A stretch of 61,582 nt of DNA from Pseudomonadota bacterium (GTDB taxonomy: Bacteria > Pseudomonadota > Gammaproteobacteria > Burkholderiales > Burkholderiaceae_D): positions 1 to 61,582 of the forward strand of contig JARXKM010000002.1 in assembly GCA_030272785.1 (NCBI GenBank), in the 5' to 3' direction. The notes beneath the pieces are model-generated. The model was given only the letters and a program-made list of their open reading frames with translations, did no database searches and was not told where the DNA came from. Below, piece by piece: positions 1-11,340 of the stretch. The position numbers and the translations under genes are program-made. The first letter of the stretch is position 1. The number at the start of each line of letters is the position of its first letter.

Positions 1-1260
1 CTTGAGAAAGCCCACGGTCGCCGAAAATTGCGCTTCTTCCATGAAATAGAAGCGGCCAGTTACCAGGTAGGCCATGAAACCGATCGACGGATGGTGCGGC
101 GTATCCCAGGTCGGCGGCACCGTGCCTTGGGACAGCGGCGTGACGATGTTCTTGCTCGAGCCGCCGACATCGGCGATGCCGTTGCTGCCGCCGCTGTTGA
201 CTGCGAGATTCGGGTAGCTTGAAAACAGCAAGGGCCGCTGGGTTTTCTCGTCTCGAAAGTGGATGCCATAGCGGCCGGCGCCATAGCCGTGGGTGATGAC
301 GCCGGCATACGCGGCGGCGGCATTACTCGTCAAATACACCACGTCCCACTCGGGCAGCAGTCCGATCGCCGGGGCAAATCCGGTCATGCCCATCGCGGCG
401 GAGAACTTTCCTTGCTGCAATGGCGTGTAGGTTTGCGAGGTCGTGGCGAGCACGTTTGCCGTGTCCGGTACGCTGGCGCCGTAGGCCGGCACCAGGTGGG
501 TTGCCTGCAGGTAAGCTTTGCCGGGGGTAGCGAGCGCTTGCGGATCGGCGCCCAGCCAATAACTGAAACGGGCGCCCGCTATCAGCACGGTGCGGCAATG
601 GTTGGCCAGATCGAAACTGGCGCGGAATCGCTCGGTGGCGCCGAGGGTAAAGGCATATTGGGCGTTCTTGTTGGTGGGCCCGGCCACATTCAGGTAGCCG
701 TTCTCGACCCAGGGCAACACTTCCACTGCGCCGCCAAGAAAGAGCCGTACTTCGAGCCATGCCACAAGATGAGCGTCGCTGCCGATCGGCTTGCGATACA
801 CCCAGGAACTCATCTGCGGCCCGCTGATCCAGCTGTGGAACGGTGCGTCCCAATCGGCGCCCGCCCACGAGGCGGTGCCGAACGCGTCGGCGCTGGTGGC
901 GGCGGTGACGCCGCTGGCGCGCAGATCGGCGGTCGTGAGATTGGGCGATGCCAGCGGCGTGCCCAGGCTCAGCGTCACCGTGCGCGCGGCGTTGGCGACC
1001 AGGTCGGCACGGCCGGCGACGACGGCAAATTTGAGCGAACCGTCCGGCCACCAGTTCTTGCCGCTCACTTGCAAGGCGCCGATATCGGCGATCAGTTGCA
1101 CATTGGCGGGAACGGCGCCTTGCTTGAACGCGTGGCCCAACGAATACGGCAGATTGGTGCCGCCCGTCGGGGAACTGAGCTGGAACGACGCGACCGGTGC
1201 GCCACGCGGGCGCACGCGCACCGAAAACGGATTGGAAGTAACGAGAGTCACGGCGATCAC
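1..1260 (-). CDS. Hypothetical protein (C-terminus runs off the window edge); N-terminus resembles a PcRGLX/YetA-like (RIFT barrel) domain
   Basis: Absent from the ORF track. I read the minus frame by hand and it is open from GTG 1260 (or GTG 1251) to base 1: VTLVTSNPFSVR...LPYSLGHAFKQGAVP...KNWWPDGSLKFAVV...IGLLPEWDVVYL...WDTPHHPSIGFMAYLVTGRFYFMEEAQF. GTG overlaps the upstream TGA (GTGA). Confidence 0.75.
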   Translation of the reverse strand, partial: MIAVTLVTSNPFSVRVRPRGAPVASFQLSSPTGGTNLPYSLGHAFKQGAVPANVQLIADIGALQVSGKNWWPDGSLKFAVVAGRADLVANAARTVTLSLGTPLASPNLTTADLRASGVTAATSADAFGTASWAGADWDAPFHSWISGPQMSSWVYRKPIGSDAHLVAWLEVRLFLGGAVEVLPWVENGYLNVAGPTNKNAQYAFTLGATERFRASFDLANHCRTVLIAGARFSYWLGADPQALATPGKAYLQATHLVPAYGASVPDTANVLATTSQTYTPLQQGKFSAAMGMTGFAPAIGLLPEWDVVYLTSNAAAAYAGVITHGYGAGRYGIHFRDEKTQRPLLFSSYPNLAVNSGGSNGIADVGGSSKNIVTPLSQGTVPPTWDTPHHPSIGFMAYLVTGRFYFMEEAQFSATVGFLK

Positions 1261-1709
1261 CCCACCGTGGCGGTGAGGACGTGGCCGTCGCTGGTGGACT
1301 CGGCGCCGCGGCCATCATAGTCGAACGACAGTGTGCTGCTGTTGAAGATCACGCCCGACGGCAGCGGTATGGCATTGAGCGAGAGCGTGACGGCGGCAGT
1401 GTTGCTCACTTTAAGGTAGCTGGCGATGGAAAAACTCGACGCTACGCCTTCGGTGAAGGTAATGGCCGGAACGTCGACCCAGATCGAACTCGCCGCCGGC
1501 GCAGGTGCCGGCGCAGGTACCGGCGCCGGCACGGCGACCGGCGCGCTGGTCGCCGCAACGTCGGCGCCGCCGCCGCATCCTTCGACGACGATCGCTGCCG
1601 CGCCAACGGACAGGTAGCGCATGAAAGAACGCCGGTTCAGGGCCGGCAGGCGCGCGCGCGCCGAGTCGAGCCTGTCGGAAATGTTCGGTAAGGTATCAGT
1701 AGTATTCAT
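1257..1709 (-). CDS. Tat-signal lipoprotein with Pro/Ala linker and small beta-rich domain
   Basis: NRRSFMRYL twin-arginine motif, hydrophobic stretch, VEGC lipobox-like Cys followed by GGG, PAPVPAPAPAP linker. Confidence 0.7.
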   Translation of the reverse strand: MNTTDTLPNISDRLDSARARLPALNRRSFMRYLSVGAAAIVVEGCGGGADVAATSAPVAVPAPVPAPAPAPAASSIWVDVPAITFTEGVASSFSIASYLKVSNTAAVTLSLNAIPLPSGVIFNSSTLSFDYDGRGAESTSDGHVLTATVG

Positions 1710-2459
1710 TTGGCAAATATCTTATAAAAGTGATAGCGGCAGTGCAGGTTCAATATTGCCTTGCACCAAGATTCAGAACAAGCTTCTCATAAATCACGGA
1801 CAGTTGCTTCATATAATTAAAATTTCTTGAGACAGGGCAACATATTTTGCTCGAAATGTGTCGAATAAATATTAAAATCGCCGCTCGGTTAATCAATTAG
1901 AAATATTTAAAATGCGAAGGAGGCAATATTCGGATTTCTCTGAGACCGTATATGAATCGATGAATTTATCAGTTGATATTCAAATCACCATTGTTATTAC
2001 CTAATTGCAATTTTAATGATCCCGCCAATGATTTCAGGCGGCAAGTCGGTTGGCGGATAGGGTTTATCGGGGAGCCGGATCTTGATGCCTATCAACAGAT
2101 CATGAATGTTGGGCCGTTGATGTACTTTAACTGCCACCCAATCGGCATGCGATGAAAAAAGTCAAATGGCATGCTAAGATCGCCGACTCCGCAGAGGTTG
2201 CCGATTGCAGTGCCCGAGAGCCCCTGGCCGGCCCGCAGCGGACAAGGCGCGCAGCGCAGGAAGCGATGGGAGGAATATATATAGAGGCGGAAGCGGTGGC
2301 AGCCTGTGCAGGCGACATGTTAGAATAAATGCATCATGTCAACGGACGCACTGTTTCTTTTTGACAAATTTAGTTGCTTCTTATTGATGCTGGCGAACTT
2401 CTATGCTATATTGAAAGTTAATATAATTACAAAAATTGATCGTCGCACGGAACCCGATA

Positions 2460-3749
2460 ATGAAATTTAATGACATCGTAGCAGTGGTAGGACTTGGGTA
2501 TGTCGGCATGCCGCTGGCCGTGGAATTTGGAAAAAAACGCACCACCGTCGGGTTTGACCTGTCCAGCGCCAAGGTAGAGAGTTACCAGCAGCATGTGGAT
2601 CCGACCGGTGAACTGTCGGGAGAGCAGTTGCGGGCGGCGCGCCATCTGTCGGTCAGCACCGACCCGGCCACCCTGGCGAACGCCGATTATATTGTGGTGG
2701 CGGTGCCGACCCCGGTCGATGCTGCGCATAACCCCGATTTCACGCCGCTGGCCGGCGCCAGCAAGACGGTCGGCCTGCACATGAAGCGCGGCGCCATCGT
2801 CATTTTCGAGTCCACCGTCTATCCGGGTGCGACCGAAGAAATCTGCATTCCGATTTTGGAACAGCACTCGGGCCTGAAATGGCGGCAGGATTTCCACGTC
2901 GGCTTTTCGCCCGAGCGGATCAATCCGGGCGACAAGGAACGGACCCTGACGACGATCACCAAAGTGGTCTCCGGCGACGACGCCGACACGCTCGACCTGG
3001 TGGCCACGCTGTATGAGTCGATCATCACCGCCGGCGTGCACCGCGCCTCCAGCATCAAGGTGGCGGAAGCGGCGAAGGTGATCGAAAACACCCAGCGCGA
3101 CCTGAATATCGCCCTGATGAACGAGTTGGCGATCATTTTCGACAAGATCGGCATCGATACGCTGGAAGTATTGAAGGCGGCCGGCACCAAATGGAATTTC
3201 CTGCCGTTCCGGCCTGGCCTGGTCGGCGGCCATTGCATCGGCGTCGATCCGTATTACCTGACGCACAAGGCGGAAATGGTCGGCTATCACCCGCAGGTGA
3301 TCCTGGCCGGGCGCCGCATCAACGACGGCATGGCCAAGTTCGTCGCCGAAAAGACCGTGAAGACCATGATCGCCGCCGGTTTCAACGTCAAAGGCTCGAA
3401 AGTGAACGTGATCGGCCTGACGTTCAAGGAAAACTGTCCGGACCTGCGCAATTCGAAAGTGGCCGACATCGTCTTTGAATTGCGTTCTTACGGTGTTGAT
3501 GTGCACGTCTACGATCCGGTCGCTTCGGCCGCGGAAGCGCTGCATGAATACGGTATCGCGCTGACCAGCTGGGAAGACCTGCCGCGCGCCGATGCCCTCA
3601 TCGCCGCCGTCTCGCACAAGGAACTGCTGGCGCGTCCGCTGACGGACCTGCAAGCGAAACTGAACGAGGGCGGCTGCTTCATCGACGTCAAATCGCAATT
3701 CGACCAGCAGGCGATCAGCGCCGCCGGTTTCAGCGTCTGGCGTCTGTAA
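2460..3749 (+). CDS. tviB: UDP-N-acetylhexosamine 6-dehydrogenase (TviB/WbpO family)
   Basis: [10 protein letters not shown] Rossmann motif, [16 protein letters not shown], catalytic [16 protein letters not shown]. Confidence 0.92.
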   Translation: MKFNDIVAVVGLGYVGMPLAVEFGKKRTTVGFDLSSAKVESYQQHVDPTGELSGEQLRAARHLSVSTDPATLANADYIVVAVPTPVDAAHNPDFTPLAGASKTVGLHMKRGAIVIFESTVYPGATEEICIPILEQHSGLKWRQDFHVGFSPERINPGDKERTLTTITKVVSGDDADTLDLVATLYESIITAGVHRASSIKVAEAAKVIENTQRDLNIALMNELAIIFDKIGIDTLEVLKAAGTKWNFLPFRPGLVGGHCIGVDPYYLTHKAEMVGYHPQVILAGRRINDGMAKFVAEKTVKTMIAAGFNVKGSKVNVIGLTFKENCPDLRNSKVADIVFELRSYGVDVHVYDPVASAAEALHEYGIALTSWEDLPRADALIAAVSHKELLARPLTDLQAKLNEGGCFIDVKSQFDQQAISAAGFSVWRL

Positions 3750-3805
3750 CCGATCGCAACAGCGGCGCACGCACGCGCCGGATGGTAGAACAATGGGAAA
3801 GCACA

Positions 3806-4846
3806 GTGACGAAATTTAACGACATCCAGCACCACCTGCGCGAGCACCGTTACCACTGGCTGGTGACCGGCGCGGCCGGCTTCATCGGCTCGAACCTGGT
3901 GGAGGCCCTGCTCAAGCTCGATCAGCGCGTTACCGGGCTGGATAATTTTGCCACCGGCCACCAGCATAATCTCGACCAGGTGCAGGCGCTGGTCGGTGCC
4001 GAGGCGTGGCAACGCTTCAGCTTCATCGACGGCGACATCCGCCGGCAGGACGACTGCGCGCACGCCTGCGCGGGCGTCGATTTCGTCCTGCACCAGGCCG
4101 CGCTGGGGTCGGTCTCGCGCTCGATCGCCGACCCGATCGCCACCAACGAAACCAACGTCACCGGTTTCCTCAACATGCTCACCGCCGCGCGCGACGCCAA
4201 GGTGCGCCGGTTTGTCTACGCCGCCTCCAGCTCGACCTACGGCGACCATCCGGCCCTGCCGAAGCAGGAGCCGGTGATCGGCAATCCATTGTCGCCGTAT
4301 GCGGTGACCAAATATGTCAACGAGCTGTACGCCAACGTGTTCGCGCGCACGTACGGCAGCGAATCGATCGGGCTGCGTTATTTCAATGTGTTCGGCCCGC
4401 GCCAGGATCCGCACGGCGCCTACGCCGCGGTGATTCCGCTGTGGATCGCCGCGCTGATCGGCAACGCGCCGCTGAAGATCAATGGCGACGGCGAGACCAG
4501 CCGCGACTTCTGCTTCATCGACAATGTCGTCCAGGCGAACCTGCTGGCCGCGCTGGCCGACCAGCCCGGCGCCGTCAACGAGGTGTACAACGTCGCCGTC
4601 AACGCCCGCACCAGCCTGAACCAGCTGCACCGGATGATGTGCGAACTGCTGCAGGAGCGCTTCCCGCATGTGCGCACCCACCAGCCCGAATATGTCGGCT
4701 TTCGCGCCGGCGACGTGCGCCATTCGCAAGCCGATATATCGAAAGCGGCGACGCTGCTCGGCTTCGCGCCGACCCACCGTATCGACGAGGGCTTGCGGCA
4801 GGCCATGGATTGGTATATCCATGACCTGACAGGCGAGAACACATGA
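3806..4846 (+). CDS. tviC: UDP-GlcNAc(A) 4-epimerase (TviC/WbpP family SDR)
   Basis: [45 protein letters not shown]; GTG start chosen. Confidence 0.92.
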   Translation: MTKFNDIQHHLREHRYHWLVTGAAGFIGSNLVEALLKLDQRVTGLDNFATGHQHNLDQVQALVGAEAWQRFSFIDGDIRRQDDCAHACAGVDFVLHQAALGSVSRSIADPIATNETNVTGFLNMLTAARDAKVRRFVYAASSSTYGDHPALPKQEPVIGNPLSPYAVTKYVNELYANVFARTYGSESIGLRYFNVFGPRQDPHGAYAAVIPLWIAALIGNAPLKINGDGETSRDFCFIDNVVQANLLAALADQPGAVNEVYNVAVNARTSLNQLHRMMCELLQERFPHVRTHQPEYVGFRAGDVRHSQADISKAATLLGFAPTHRIDEGLRQAMDWYIHDLTGENT

Positions 4847-4934
4847 CCGCTCGCTCGACGGTGCCGCGACGCGCCGGTTGCGCCCGCGCGGCCGTTGACG
4901 CGTCGATAGTCTGAGATGAGCAGGGGGAAATGAC

Positions 4935-6335
4935 ATGTTAAAGATCTCGAACCATTATGTGTCGAAAATAGTCTTCGTGCTGTTGTTCGTCGAGGTGCTG
5001 GTGCTGATCGGTGCCGCCTATGCCGGCGCGGCAGTGCGCCTGCTCGACACCAGCGCCACCGGCGCGCCGCATTTCGAGCACTTCCTCACCTCCGCCATCG
5101 CCTTTGCGGTCGCCATCATCTTCAGCATGAGCGCGATGGGCATGTACCAGCTCAATTTCAGCGAAGGGCTGCGCAATCCCTTCTTCATGAAGCTGATGCC
5201 GTCGTTCCTGATGGGCTTTGTGATCCTCACGCTGGTGTTCTATGTGGCGCCGGAGCTGTATTTCGGGCGCGGCATCCTGATCCTGGTCTTCGTCATCGCC
5301 GCCGGCGGCATCTTCACGGCGCGCATGATCTTCTTCAAGACGTCGGAGGCGCGCTTTCTCGAGTCGCGCATCATCTTCCTCGGCGGCGGGCCGCTGGCCA
5401 AGGAATGCAGCGACCTGGCCGACCAGAGCAACAAATATCACCGCTACGACATTGCCGGCTTCATCCCGGTGCCGTCGGAAGAATTGTGCATCGCCCCGGA
5501 GCGCCTGCTGAAAGTGCGCGAGGGCGACTCGCTGGTGTCGCTGGCGAACCAGTACGACGTCGCCGAAATCGTCGTCTCGGTGCAGAACCGGCGCGGCGGC
5601 TTTCCGATCAAGGAACTGCTCGACTGCAAGCTGCAGGGCATCAAGGTGACCGATGCGGCGACCTTCTTCGAACGCGAAACGGCGCAGATCCGGGTCGATT
5701 CGCTGCAGCCGAGCTGGCTGGTGTTCGGCGGCGGTTTCGACCAGAGTTTCATCCGCACCTTCATGAAGCGCGGCTTCGACCTGATCTGCAGCACCATCAT
5801 CCTGGCCCTGTCGTTCCCGGTCATGCTGGTGACGGCGCTGCTGATCTTCCTCGAGGACGGCGCGCCGGTGTTCTACTCGCAGGAACGGGTCGGCAAGGAC
5901 GGCCATCCGTTCAAGGTGCTGAAGTTCCGCAGCATGCGCAACGATGCGGAAAAAGGCGGCAAGCCGCAGTGGGCCGCGCAGGACGATCCGCGCGTGACGC
6001 GCATCGGCAACTTCATCCGCCGCGTGCGGATCGACGAGCTGCCGCAGATCCTCAACGTCTTCAAGGGCGAAATGTCGTTCGTCGGCCCACGTCCGGAACG
6101 GCCCTATTTTGTCGAGCAGCTGATCGAAGTGGTGCCCTACTATAACGTGCGCCACAGCATCAAGCCGGGCATCACCGGCTGGGCGCAGGTGCGCTACGGC
6201 TATGGCGCATCGGCCGAAGATGCTTTGCAAAAACTGCAGTACGATTTGTACTACGTCAAGAACAACAGCTTGTTCCTCGATGTGCTGGTGCTGATCGACA
6301 CGCTCAAGGTGGTGCTGTTCCGCGGCGGCCGCTGA
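4935..6335 (+). CDS. XrtA/PEP-CTERM system priming sugar transferase (TIGR03013-like)
   Basis: N-terminal TM helices and bacterial sugar transferase domain (KFRSM, RIDELPQ, GPRPERP, KPGITGWAQV); directly upstream of prsK. Confidence 0.92.
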   Translation: MLKISNHYVSKIVFVLLFVEVLVLIGAAYAGAAVRLLDTSATGAPHFEHFLTSAIAFAVAIIFSMSAMGMYQLNFSEGLRNPFFMKLMPSFLMGFVILTLVFYVAPELYFGRGILILVFVIAAGGIFTARMIFFKTSEARFLESRIIFLGGGPLAKECSDLADQSNKYHRYDIAGFIPVPSEELCIAPERLLKVREGDSLVSLANQYDVAEIVVSVQNRRGGFPIKELLDCKLQGIKVTDAATFFERETAQIRVDSLQPSWLVFGGGFDQSFIRTFMKRGFDLICSTIILALSFPVMLVTALLIFLEDGAPVFYSQERVGKDGHPFKVLKFRSMRNDAEKGGKPQWAAQDDPRVTRIGNFIRRVRIDELPQILNVFKGEMSFVGPRPERPYFVEQLIEVVPYYNVRHSIKPGITGWAQVRYGYGASAEDALQKLQYDLYYVKNNSLFLDVLVLIDTLKVVLFRGGR

Positions 6336-6426
6336 TGTGGCGGCGGATGCGGCGCACGGCCTTGCCAATGGCGAACCTGATCGGACTGACCATGCGCGCA
6401 TCCGCTGACCCGAAGGACGGTGCCCG

Positions 6427-8496
6427 TTGACCAATATCGCCAGCTACAGCTACGGCATCTCGGCACTGGCGTTCCTGGCGCTTGCCATCCTGCTCGCCAC
6501 CAGCTGGCGCGGTCGCGCGCACAGCCGCCTGCTGGCGCTGGCCACCGGCATCACCGCCATCTCCAACGCGCTGCTGGCATGGGGCGCGGGCGGAGAGGCG
6601 CTGCGCACGGTGCTCACCGAGAGCTTCGAAATCCTGCGCAACGGCGCCTGGTCGGCCTTCCTGATCGTGCTGATCGGCCATTTCCACCGCGACGACGCGC
6701 GCCTGCCGCTGCGCCCGTCGGTATTGCTGGTGGCCGGTTTCTATCTGATCTTCCTGCTCGCCACCGTGTCCGGCCAGTTCGACCTCGCCTTGCTCGATGC
6801 ACACGGCATGATGCCGGTCGTCATCGCCCGCATCGGCATGGCGGTGCTGGGCATGCTGCTGGTCGAACAGCTGTATCGCAACAAGCCGGAGCAGGGGCGC
6901 TGGGCCATCAAGTTCGCCTGCCTGGGCATCGGCGCCATGTTCGCCTACGACTTCTACCTGTACAGCGACGCGCTGCTGTTCCATGCGATCAACCCGGCGA
7001 TCTGGGCGGCACGCGGCGTCGTCGATGCCCTGACGGTGCCGCTGGTCGCCATCTCGGTCGCGCGCAGCGCCGCCTGGTCGACCGAACTGGCGCTGTCGCG
7101 CCGCGTCATGTTCCACTCGGCCGCGCTGTTCGGCTCGGCGATTTACCTGCTGACGATGGGTTCGGCCGGCTACTACCTGCGCTATTTCGGCGGCAGCTGG
7201 GGCTCGGTGATGCAGGTGATCTTCCTGTTCGGCGCGCTGGTGCTGCTGATCGGCATCCTGTTTTCCGGCTCGTTCCGGGCCTGGCTGAAGGTGTTCATCA
7301 GCAAGCATTTCTATCACTACAATTACGATTACCGCGAGGAATGGCTGCGCTTTAACGGCACCTTGTCGAAGGACGGCCCGGGGCTGGGCGAGCGCAGCAT
7401 CCAGGCGGTCGCCGCGATGGTCGAAAGCCCCGCCGGCCTGATCTGGATCGGCCGCGATGGCGGGCTGTTCGAGCCGGCCGCCAACTGGCACCTGCCGCCG
7501 ACCACCCTGACCGAACCGGCCGATTCGCCGTTCTGCCGCTTCCTCGCGGCGAGCCAGTGGGTGGTCGACCTGCAGGAATACCAGCGCGATCCGGGCAAGT
7601 ACGACGACGTGGCGATGCCGGCCTGGCTGCTGGCCTACCCGCGCGGCTGGCTGGTGGTGCCGCTGATGATGCAGGGCAAGCTGTTCGGCTTCATGCTGCT
7701 GCTGCAGCCGCGCAGCGCGATTGCGCTCAACTGGGAAGTGATCGACCTGCTCAAGATCGCCGGCAGCCAGGCGGCCAGCTACCTGGCGCAGTACGAGGCG
7801 GCCAACGCGCTGATGGTGGCGCGCCAGTTCGAGTCGTTCAACCGGATGTCGACCTTCGTGGTGCACGACCTGAAGAACCTGGTGTTGCAGCTGTCGCTGC
7901 TGATGTCGAATGCGGAGCGCCACAAGAACAATCCCGAGTTCCAGCAGGATATGATCGAGACGGTCAACTACTCGGTGCAAAAGATGAAGCTGCTGCTGCA
8001 AAAACTGAGCCGCAGCGCCTCGCCCGAGCGCCCGGCGCCGCTGTCGATCGAGCGCCTGCTGAAACAGGCGGTGGCGCTGAAGGCGGCGTTCGAGCCGCGC
8101 CCGGTGCTGCGCGTGGCCGACCCCGGGCTGACCGTGCAGGCCGACGGCGAACGGCTCGAACGGGTGGTCGGCCACCTGATCCAGAACGCCATCGAGGCCA
8201 CCGCCCGCGACGGTCGGGTCGACATCGAATTGACGCGGCACGCCGACGCGGTGCTGATCCGCATCAGCGACACCGGCGAAGGGATGAGCGAGGACTTCAT
8301 CCGCGAGCGCCTGTTCAAGCCGTTCGAATCGACCAAGTCGGCCGGCATGGGCATCGGCGTGTTCGAAAGCCTCGAATATGTCCGCGAGCTCGGCGGTACG
8401 CTAGAGGTCAGCAGCGTCGAGTCGCGCGGCACGGTGTTCAGCATCACCCTGCCGCTGCTGGGGCAGGAAGCGCACACGATCAACCAAGCAGCATGA
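6427..8496 (+). CDS. prsK: XrtA/PEP-CTERM system histidine kinase PrsK
   Basis: Multi-TM N-terminus, FFISKHF-like/YDYREEWL motif, H-box VVHDLKN, DTGEGM, KPFESTK, GMGIG. Confidence 0.93.
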   Translation: MTNIASYSYGISALAFLALAILLATSWRGRAHSRLLALATGITAISNALLAWGAGGEALRTVLTESFEILRNGAWSAFLIVLIGHFHRDDARLPLRPSVLLVAGFYLIFLLATVSGQFDLALLDAHGMMPVVIARIGMAVLGMLLVEQLYRNKPEQGRWAIKFACLGIGAMFAYDFYLYSDALLFHAINPAIWAARGVVDALTVPLVAISVARSAAWSTELALSRRVMFHSAALFGSAIYLLTMGSAGYYLRYFGGSWGSVMQVIFLFGALVLLIGILFSGSFRAWLKVFISKHFYHYNYDYREEWLRFNGTLSKDGPGLGERSIQAVAAMVESPAGLIWIGRDGGLFEPAANWHLPPTTLTEPADSPFCRFLAASQWVVDLQEYQRDPGKYDDVAMPAWLLAYPRGWLVVPLMMQGKLFGFMLLLQPRSAIALNWEVIDLLKIAGSQAASYLAQYEAANALMVARQFESFNRMSTFVVHDLKNLVLQLSLLMSNAERHKNNPEFQQDMIETVNYSVQKMKLLLQKLSRSASPERPAPLSIERLLKQAVALKAAFEPRPVLRVADPGLTVQADGERLERVVGHLIQNAIEATARDGRVDIELTRHADAVLIRISDTGEGMSEDFIRERLFKPFESTKSAGMGIGVFESLEYVRELGGTLEVSSVESRGTVFSITLPLLGQEAHTINQAA

Positions 8497-8512
8497 TGGA
8501 CCGAGGTAACCA

Positions 8513-9871
8513 GTGACTGAACCGAAGCAAAAACTGTTGATCATCGAGGACGATCCGGGCCTGCAAACGCAGCTGCGCTGGAGTTTCGACGCCTACGATG
8601 TGGTGGTCGCGGGCGACCGCGAAAGCGCGCTCACGCAAATCCGCCGCCACGAGCCGGCGGTGGTGACGATGGACCTGGGCCTGCCGCCCGATCCGGACGG
8701 CTCGACCGAAGGGCTGGCGACGTTGCAGCAGATCCTCGCGCTGGCGCCGGACACGCGGGTGATCGTGCTCACTGGCAACCAGGAGCGCGGCAACGCGGTC
8801 AAGGCGATCGCCATGGGCGCCTACGACTTCCACCAGAAGCCGTGCGACCCCGAGGTGCTCGGCCTGGTGATCAAGCGCGCCTTCTTCCTCAATGCGCTGC
8901 AAAAGGAAAACCGCCGCATGCAGCAGGCGCAGGCCGAGTCGCCGATGTCGGGCGTGATCTCGCGCGACGCCGGCATGCTCAAGGTGTGCCGCAATATCGA
9001 GAAAGTGGCGCCGACCTCGGCGTCGGTGATGATCCTCGGCGAGAGCGGCACCGGCAAGGAAGTGCTGGCGCGCGCGCTGCACGCGCTCAGCCCGCGCGCC
9101 GGCCAGCGCTTCATGGCGATCAACTGCGCGGCGATCCCGGAAAACCTGCTCGAGAGCGAACTGTTCGGCTACGAAAAAGGCGCCTTCACCGGCGCTGCCA
9201 AGCAGACCAAAGGCAAGGTCGAACTGGCGCACGGCGGCACCTTCTTCCTCGACGAGGTGGGCGACCTGCCGATGGCGCTGCAGGCCAAGCTGCTGCGCTT
9301 TCTGCAGGAGCGCGTCATCGAGCGGGTCGGCGGCCACGAGGAAATACCGGTCGACGTGCGCATCGTCTGCGCGACCCACCAGAAACTGAAGGACCTGACC
9401 GCCAGCGGGCGCTTCCGCGAAGACTTGTACTACCGCCTGTGCGAGATCGTCGTCACCATTCCGCCGCTGCGCGACCGTCCCGGCGACGCGGCGCTGCTGG
9501 CGCACCATTTCAAGAACAAGTTCAGCGCGCAGGAGTCGCGCACGGCCCTGCATTTCAGCAGCGAAGCGATCGCCGCGATCGAATCCTACGGCTGGCCGGG
9601 CAATGTGCGCGAAATGGAAAACTGCATCAAGCGCGCGGTCATCATGACCGACGGCCAGAGCATCGCCGCCGACGACCTCGGCCTCTCGGCCATCGCCGTC
9701 GACGAGCCGCTGAACCTGCGCCAGGTGCGCGACGAGGCCGAGCACAAGGCGATCGTCAAGGCGCTGGCGAGGGTCGACGGCAACATCGTCAAGGCGTCGG
9801 AACTGCTCGGCGTCAGCCGGCCGACCATGTATGACCTGCTGAACCGGCACGCCATCAAGGCGGGCAACTGA
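8513..9871 (+). CDS. prsR: PEP-CTERM-box sigma54 response regulator PrsR
   Basis: Receiver domain ([10 protein letters not shown]), AAA+ GESGTGKE and GAFTGA, WPGNVRE, Fis-type HTH. Confidence 0.94.
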   Translation: MTEPKQKLLIIEDDPGLQTQLRWSFDAYDVVVAGDRESALTQIRRHEPAVVTMDLGLPPDPDGSTEGLATLQQILALAPDTRVIVLTGNQERGNAVKAIAMGAYDFHQKPCDPEVLGLVIKRAFFLNALQKENRRMQQAQAESPMSGVISRDAGMLKVCRNIEKVAPTSASVMILGESGTGKEVLARALHALSPRAGQRFMAINCAAIPENLLESELFGYEKGAFTGAAKQTKGKVELAHGGTFFLDEVGDLPMALQAKLLRFLQERVIERVGGHEEIPVDVRIVCATHQKLKDLTASGRFREDLYYRLCEIVVTIPPLRDRPGDAALLAHHFKNKFSAQESRTALHFSSEAIAAIESYGWPGNVREMENCIKRAVIMTDGQSIAADDLGLSAIAVDEPLNLRQVRDEAEHKAIVKALARVDGNIVKASELLGVSRPTMYDLLNRHAIKAGN

Positions 9872-9951
9872 GTCCGGCACGGGCAGCGCTTGCCCGCAGC
9901 GCCCGGGCGGATCGGCCCGCGCGCCAGGATCGCATGGTTTAGGAGGCAACG

Positions 9952-11340
9952 ATGCGCGTGGCCAGAGCCGTTTTCGTGCTCACCGGCGCGATGCTGGCCG
10001 CGCTGGCCGCCGCCGGCCTGCTCATGCTCGACCGGCACGGGGTGAGCCCCGCCGCGCTGGCCTTCCACTTGGGAACCGACAGCGGCACGGCGACGCGTTG
10101 GACGCGCCAGGCGCTGCTGCGGCTGGACCGGCCGCCGCCGGTGCCGCTCGCGCTGGATCGGCTGTCGTTCGGCGCGCGCGCCATCGCCGCGGCGGCGCCG
10201 GCTCCCCTGCGCGAAGTGGCCGCCGCAAACCTGGCGGCCTTGCGCAGCGCGATGGCGCAGGCGACGCCGGGCGACCGCATCACGCTCGCCGCGGGGGTCT
10301 GGCGCATCGGCCAGGTGCCGCTGGCCGCCTCCCGTGCGGGCACCGCGTCGGCCTACATCACGGTACGCGGCGCGCCCGGCGCGCGCCTCGACGTCGACGG
10401 CGCGCAAGGGTTTCTCGTCTCCGCGCCGTTCTGGCGTTTCGAGCAACTGGTGATGCGCGGCGTGTGCGCGCGCCACGCCGATTGCGAGCATGCCTTCCAC
10501 GTCGTCGGCGACGCCCATCACTTCAGCGCGCAGGGCAATACCATCACCGATTTCAACGCCCACCTGAAGATCAACGGCCATGGCGGGCGCTTCCCCGACA
10601 GCGGCACCATCGACGGCAACCGGCTCACCAACAGCGCACCGCGGCGCACCAGTTTGCCGGTGACGCCGATCGACCTGGTCGGCGCCAGCGGCTGGACCAT
10701 CCGCCACAACCTGATCGCCGATTTCATCAAGGAAGGCGGCGACTACACCAGCTACGGCGCGTACGCCAAAGGCGCCGGCGCGCACAACGCGTTCGAACAG
10801 AACATCATCTGGTGCGAGCACCTGCTGCGCGCTCGCCCGGGACTGCGGGTCGGCCTGTCGCTCGGCGGCGGCGGCACCGAAGCGCGCTTTTGCCGCGACG
10901 GCAGATGCATTGTCGAGCAGGAGGACAGCCGGGTGGCGGCGAACCTGGTGGCGTCCTGTTCGGCCGATGGCATCTATCTCAACAGTGCGGCGCGCAGCAC
11001 GGTGCGCCACAACACGCTGGTCGGCACCGGCGGCATCGTCCTGCGCTATCCGACCAGCAGCGCCGACGTCGAAGGCAACCTGCTCGACGCGCCGATCCGT
11101 GCGGGCGACGGCGCCATCCTGCGCGCCGTCGACAACCGCACTGCGCCGCTGGCCTACCGCTATTTTGGTGCCCATGCGCTGGCGGATGTGCTAGGCGCCG
11201 ACATGGCGTGGCGTGGCGCGCCGCCGCGGCGGTCCGCGGCCGGCGCGGCGCCGCCCGACCTGTGCGGCGTGGCGCGTCCATCATTGCCCGCTTACGGCGC
11301 GTTCGAGGAGTTTTCCGCCTGCCGCGCCGGCACCCGCTGA
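9952..11340 (+). CDS. Right-handed parallel beta-helix protein (putative polysaccharide lyase/modifier)
   Basis: N-terminal hydrophobic anchor, ATPGDRITLAAG, repeated N-x-I strands (IDGNRL, IRHNLI, FEQNII, VRHNTL); AGGAGG RBS. Confidence 0.75.
   Translation: MRVARAVFVLTGAMLAALAAAGLLMLDRHGVSPAALAFHLGTDSGTATRWTRQALLRLDRPPPVPLALDRLSFGARAIAAAAPAPLREVAAANLAALRSAMAQATPGDRITLAAGVWRIGQVPLAASRAGTASAYITVRGAPGARLDVDGAQGFLVSAPFWRFEQLVMRGVCARHADCEHAFHVVGDAHHFSAQGNTITDFNAHLKINGHGGRFPDSGTIDGNRLTNSAPRRTSLPVTPIDLVGASGWTIRHNLIADFIKEGGDYTSYGAYAKGAGAHNAFEQNIIWCEHLLRARPGLRVGLSLGGGGTEARFCRDGRCIVEQEDSRVAANLVASCSADGIYLNSAARSTVRHNTLVGTGGIVLRYPTSSADVEGNLLDAPIRAGDGAILRAVDNRTAPLAYRYFGAHALADVLGADMAWRGAPPRRSAAGAAPPDLCGVARPSLPAYGAFEEFSACRAGTR

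Noticed and set aside
259-1320. 353-aa plus-strand ORF, and many other long antisense or alternate-frame ORFs such as 10098-12965, 47280-50162 and 55718-58600
   Set aside because: Shadow ORFs typical of high-GC DNA; they overlap well-supported genes and show no recognisable motifs
2460-3826. tviB and tviC both begin with KFNDI (AAATTTAAYGACATC)
   Set aside because: Short AT-rich 5' match explainable by translation-initiation bias; no other support
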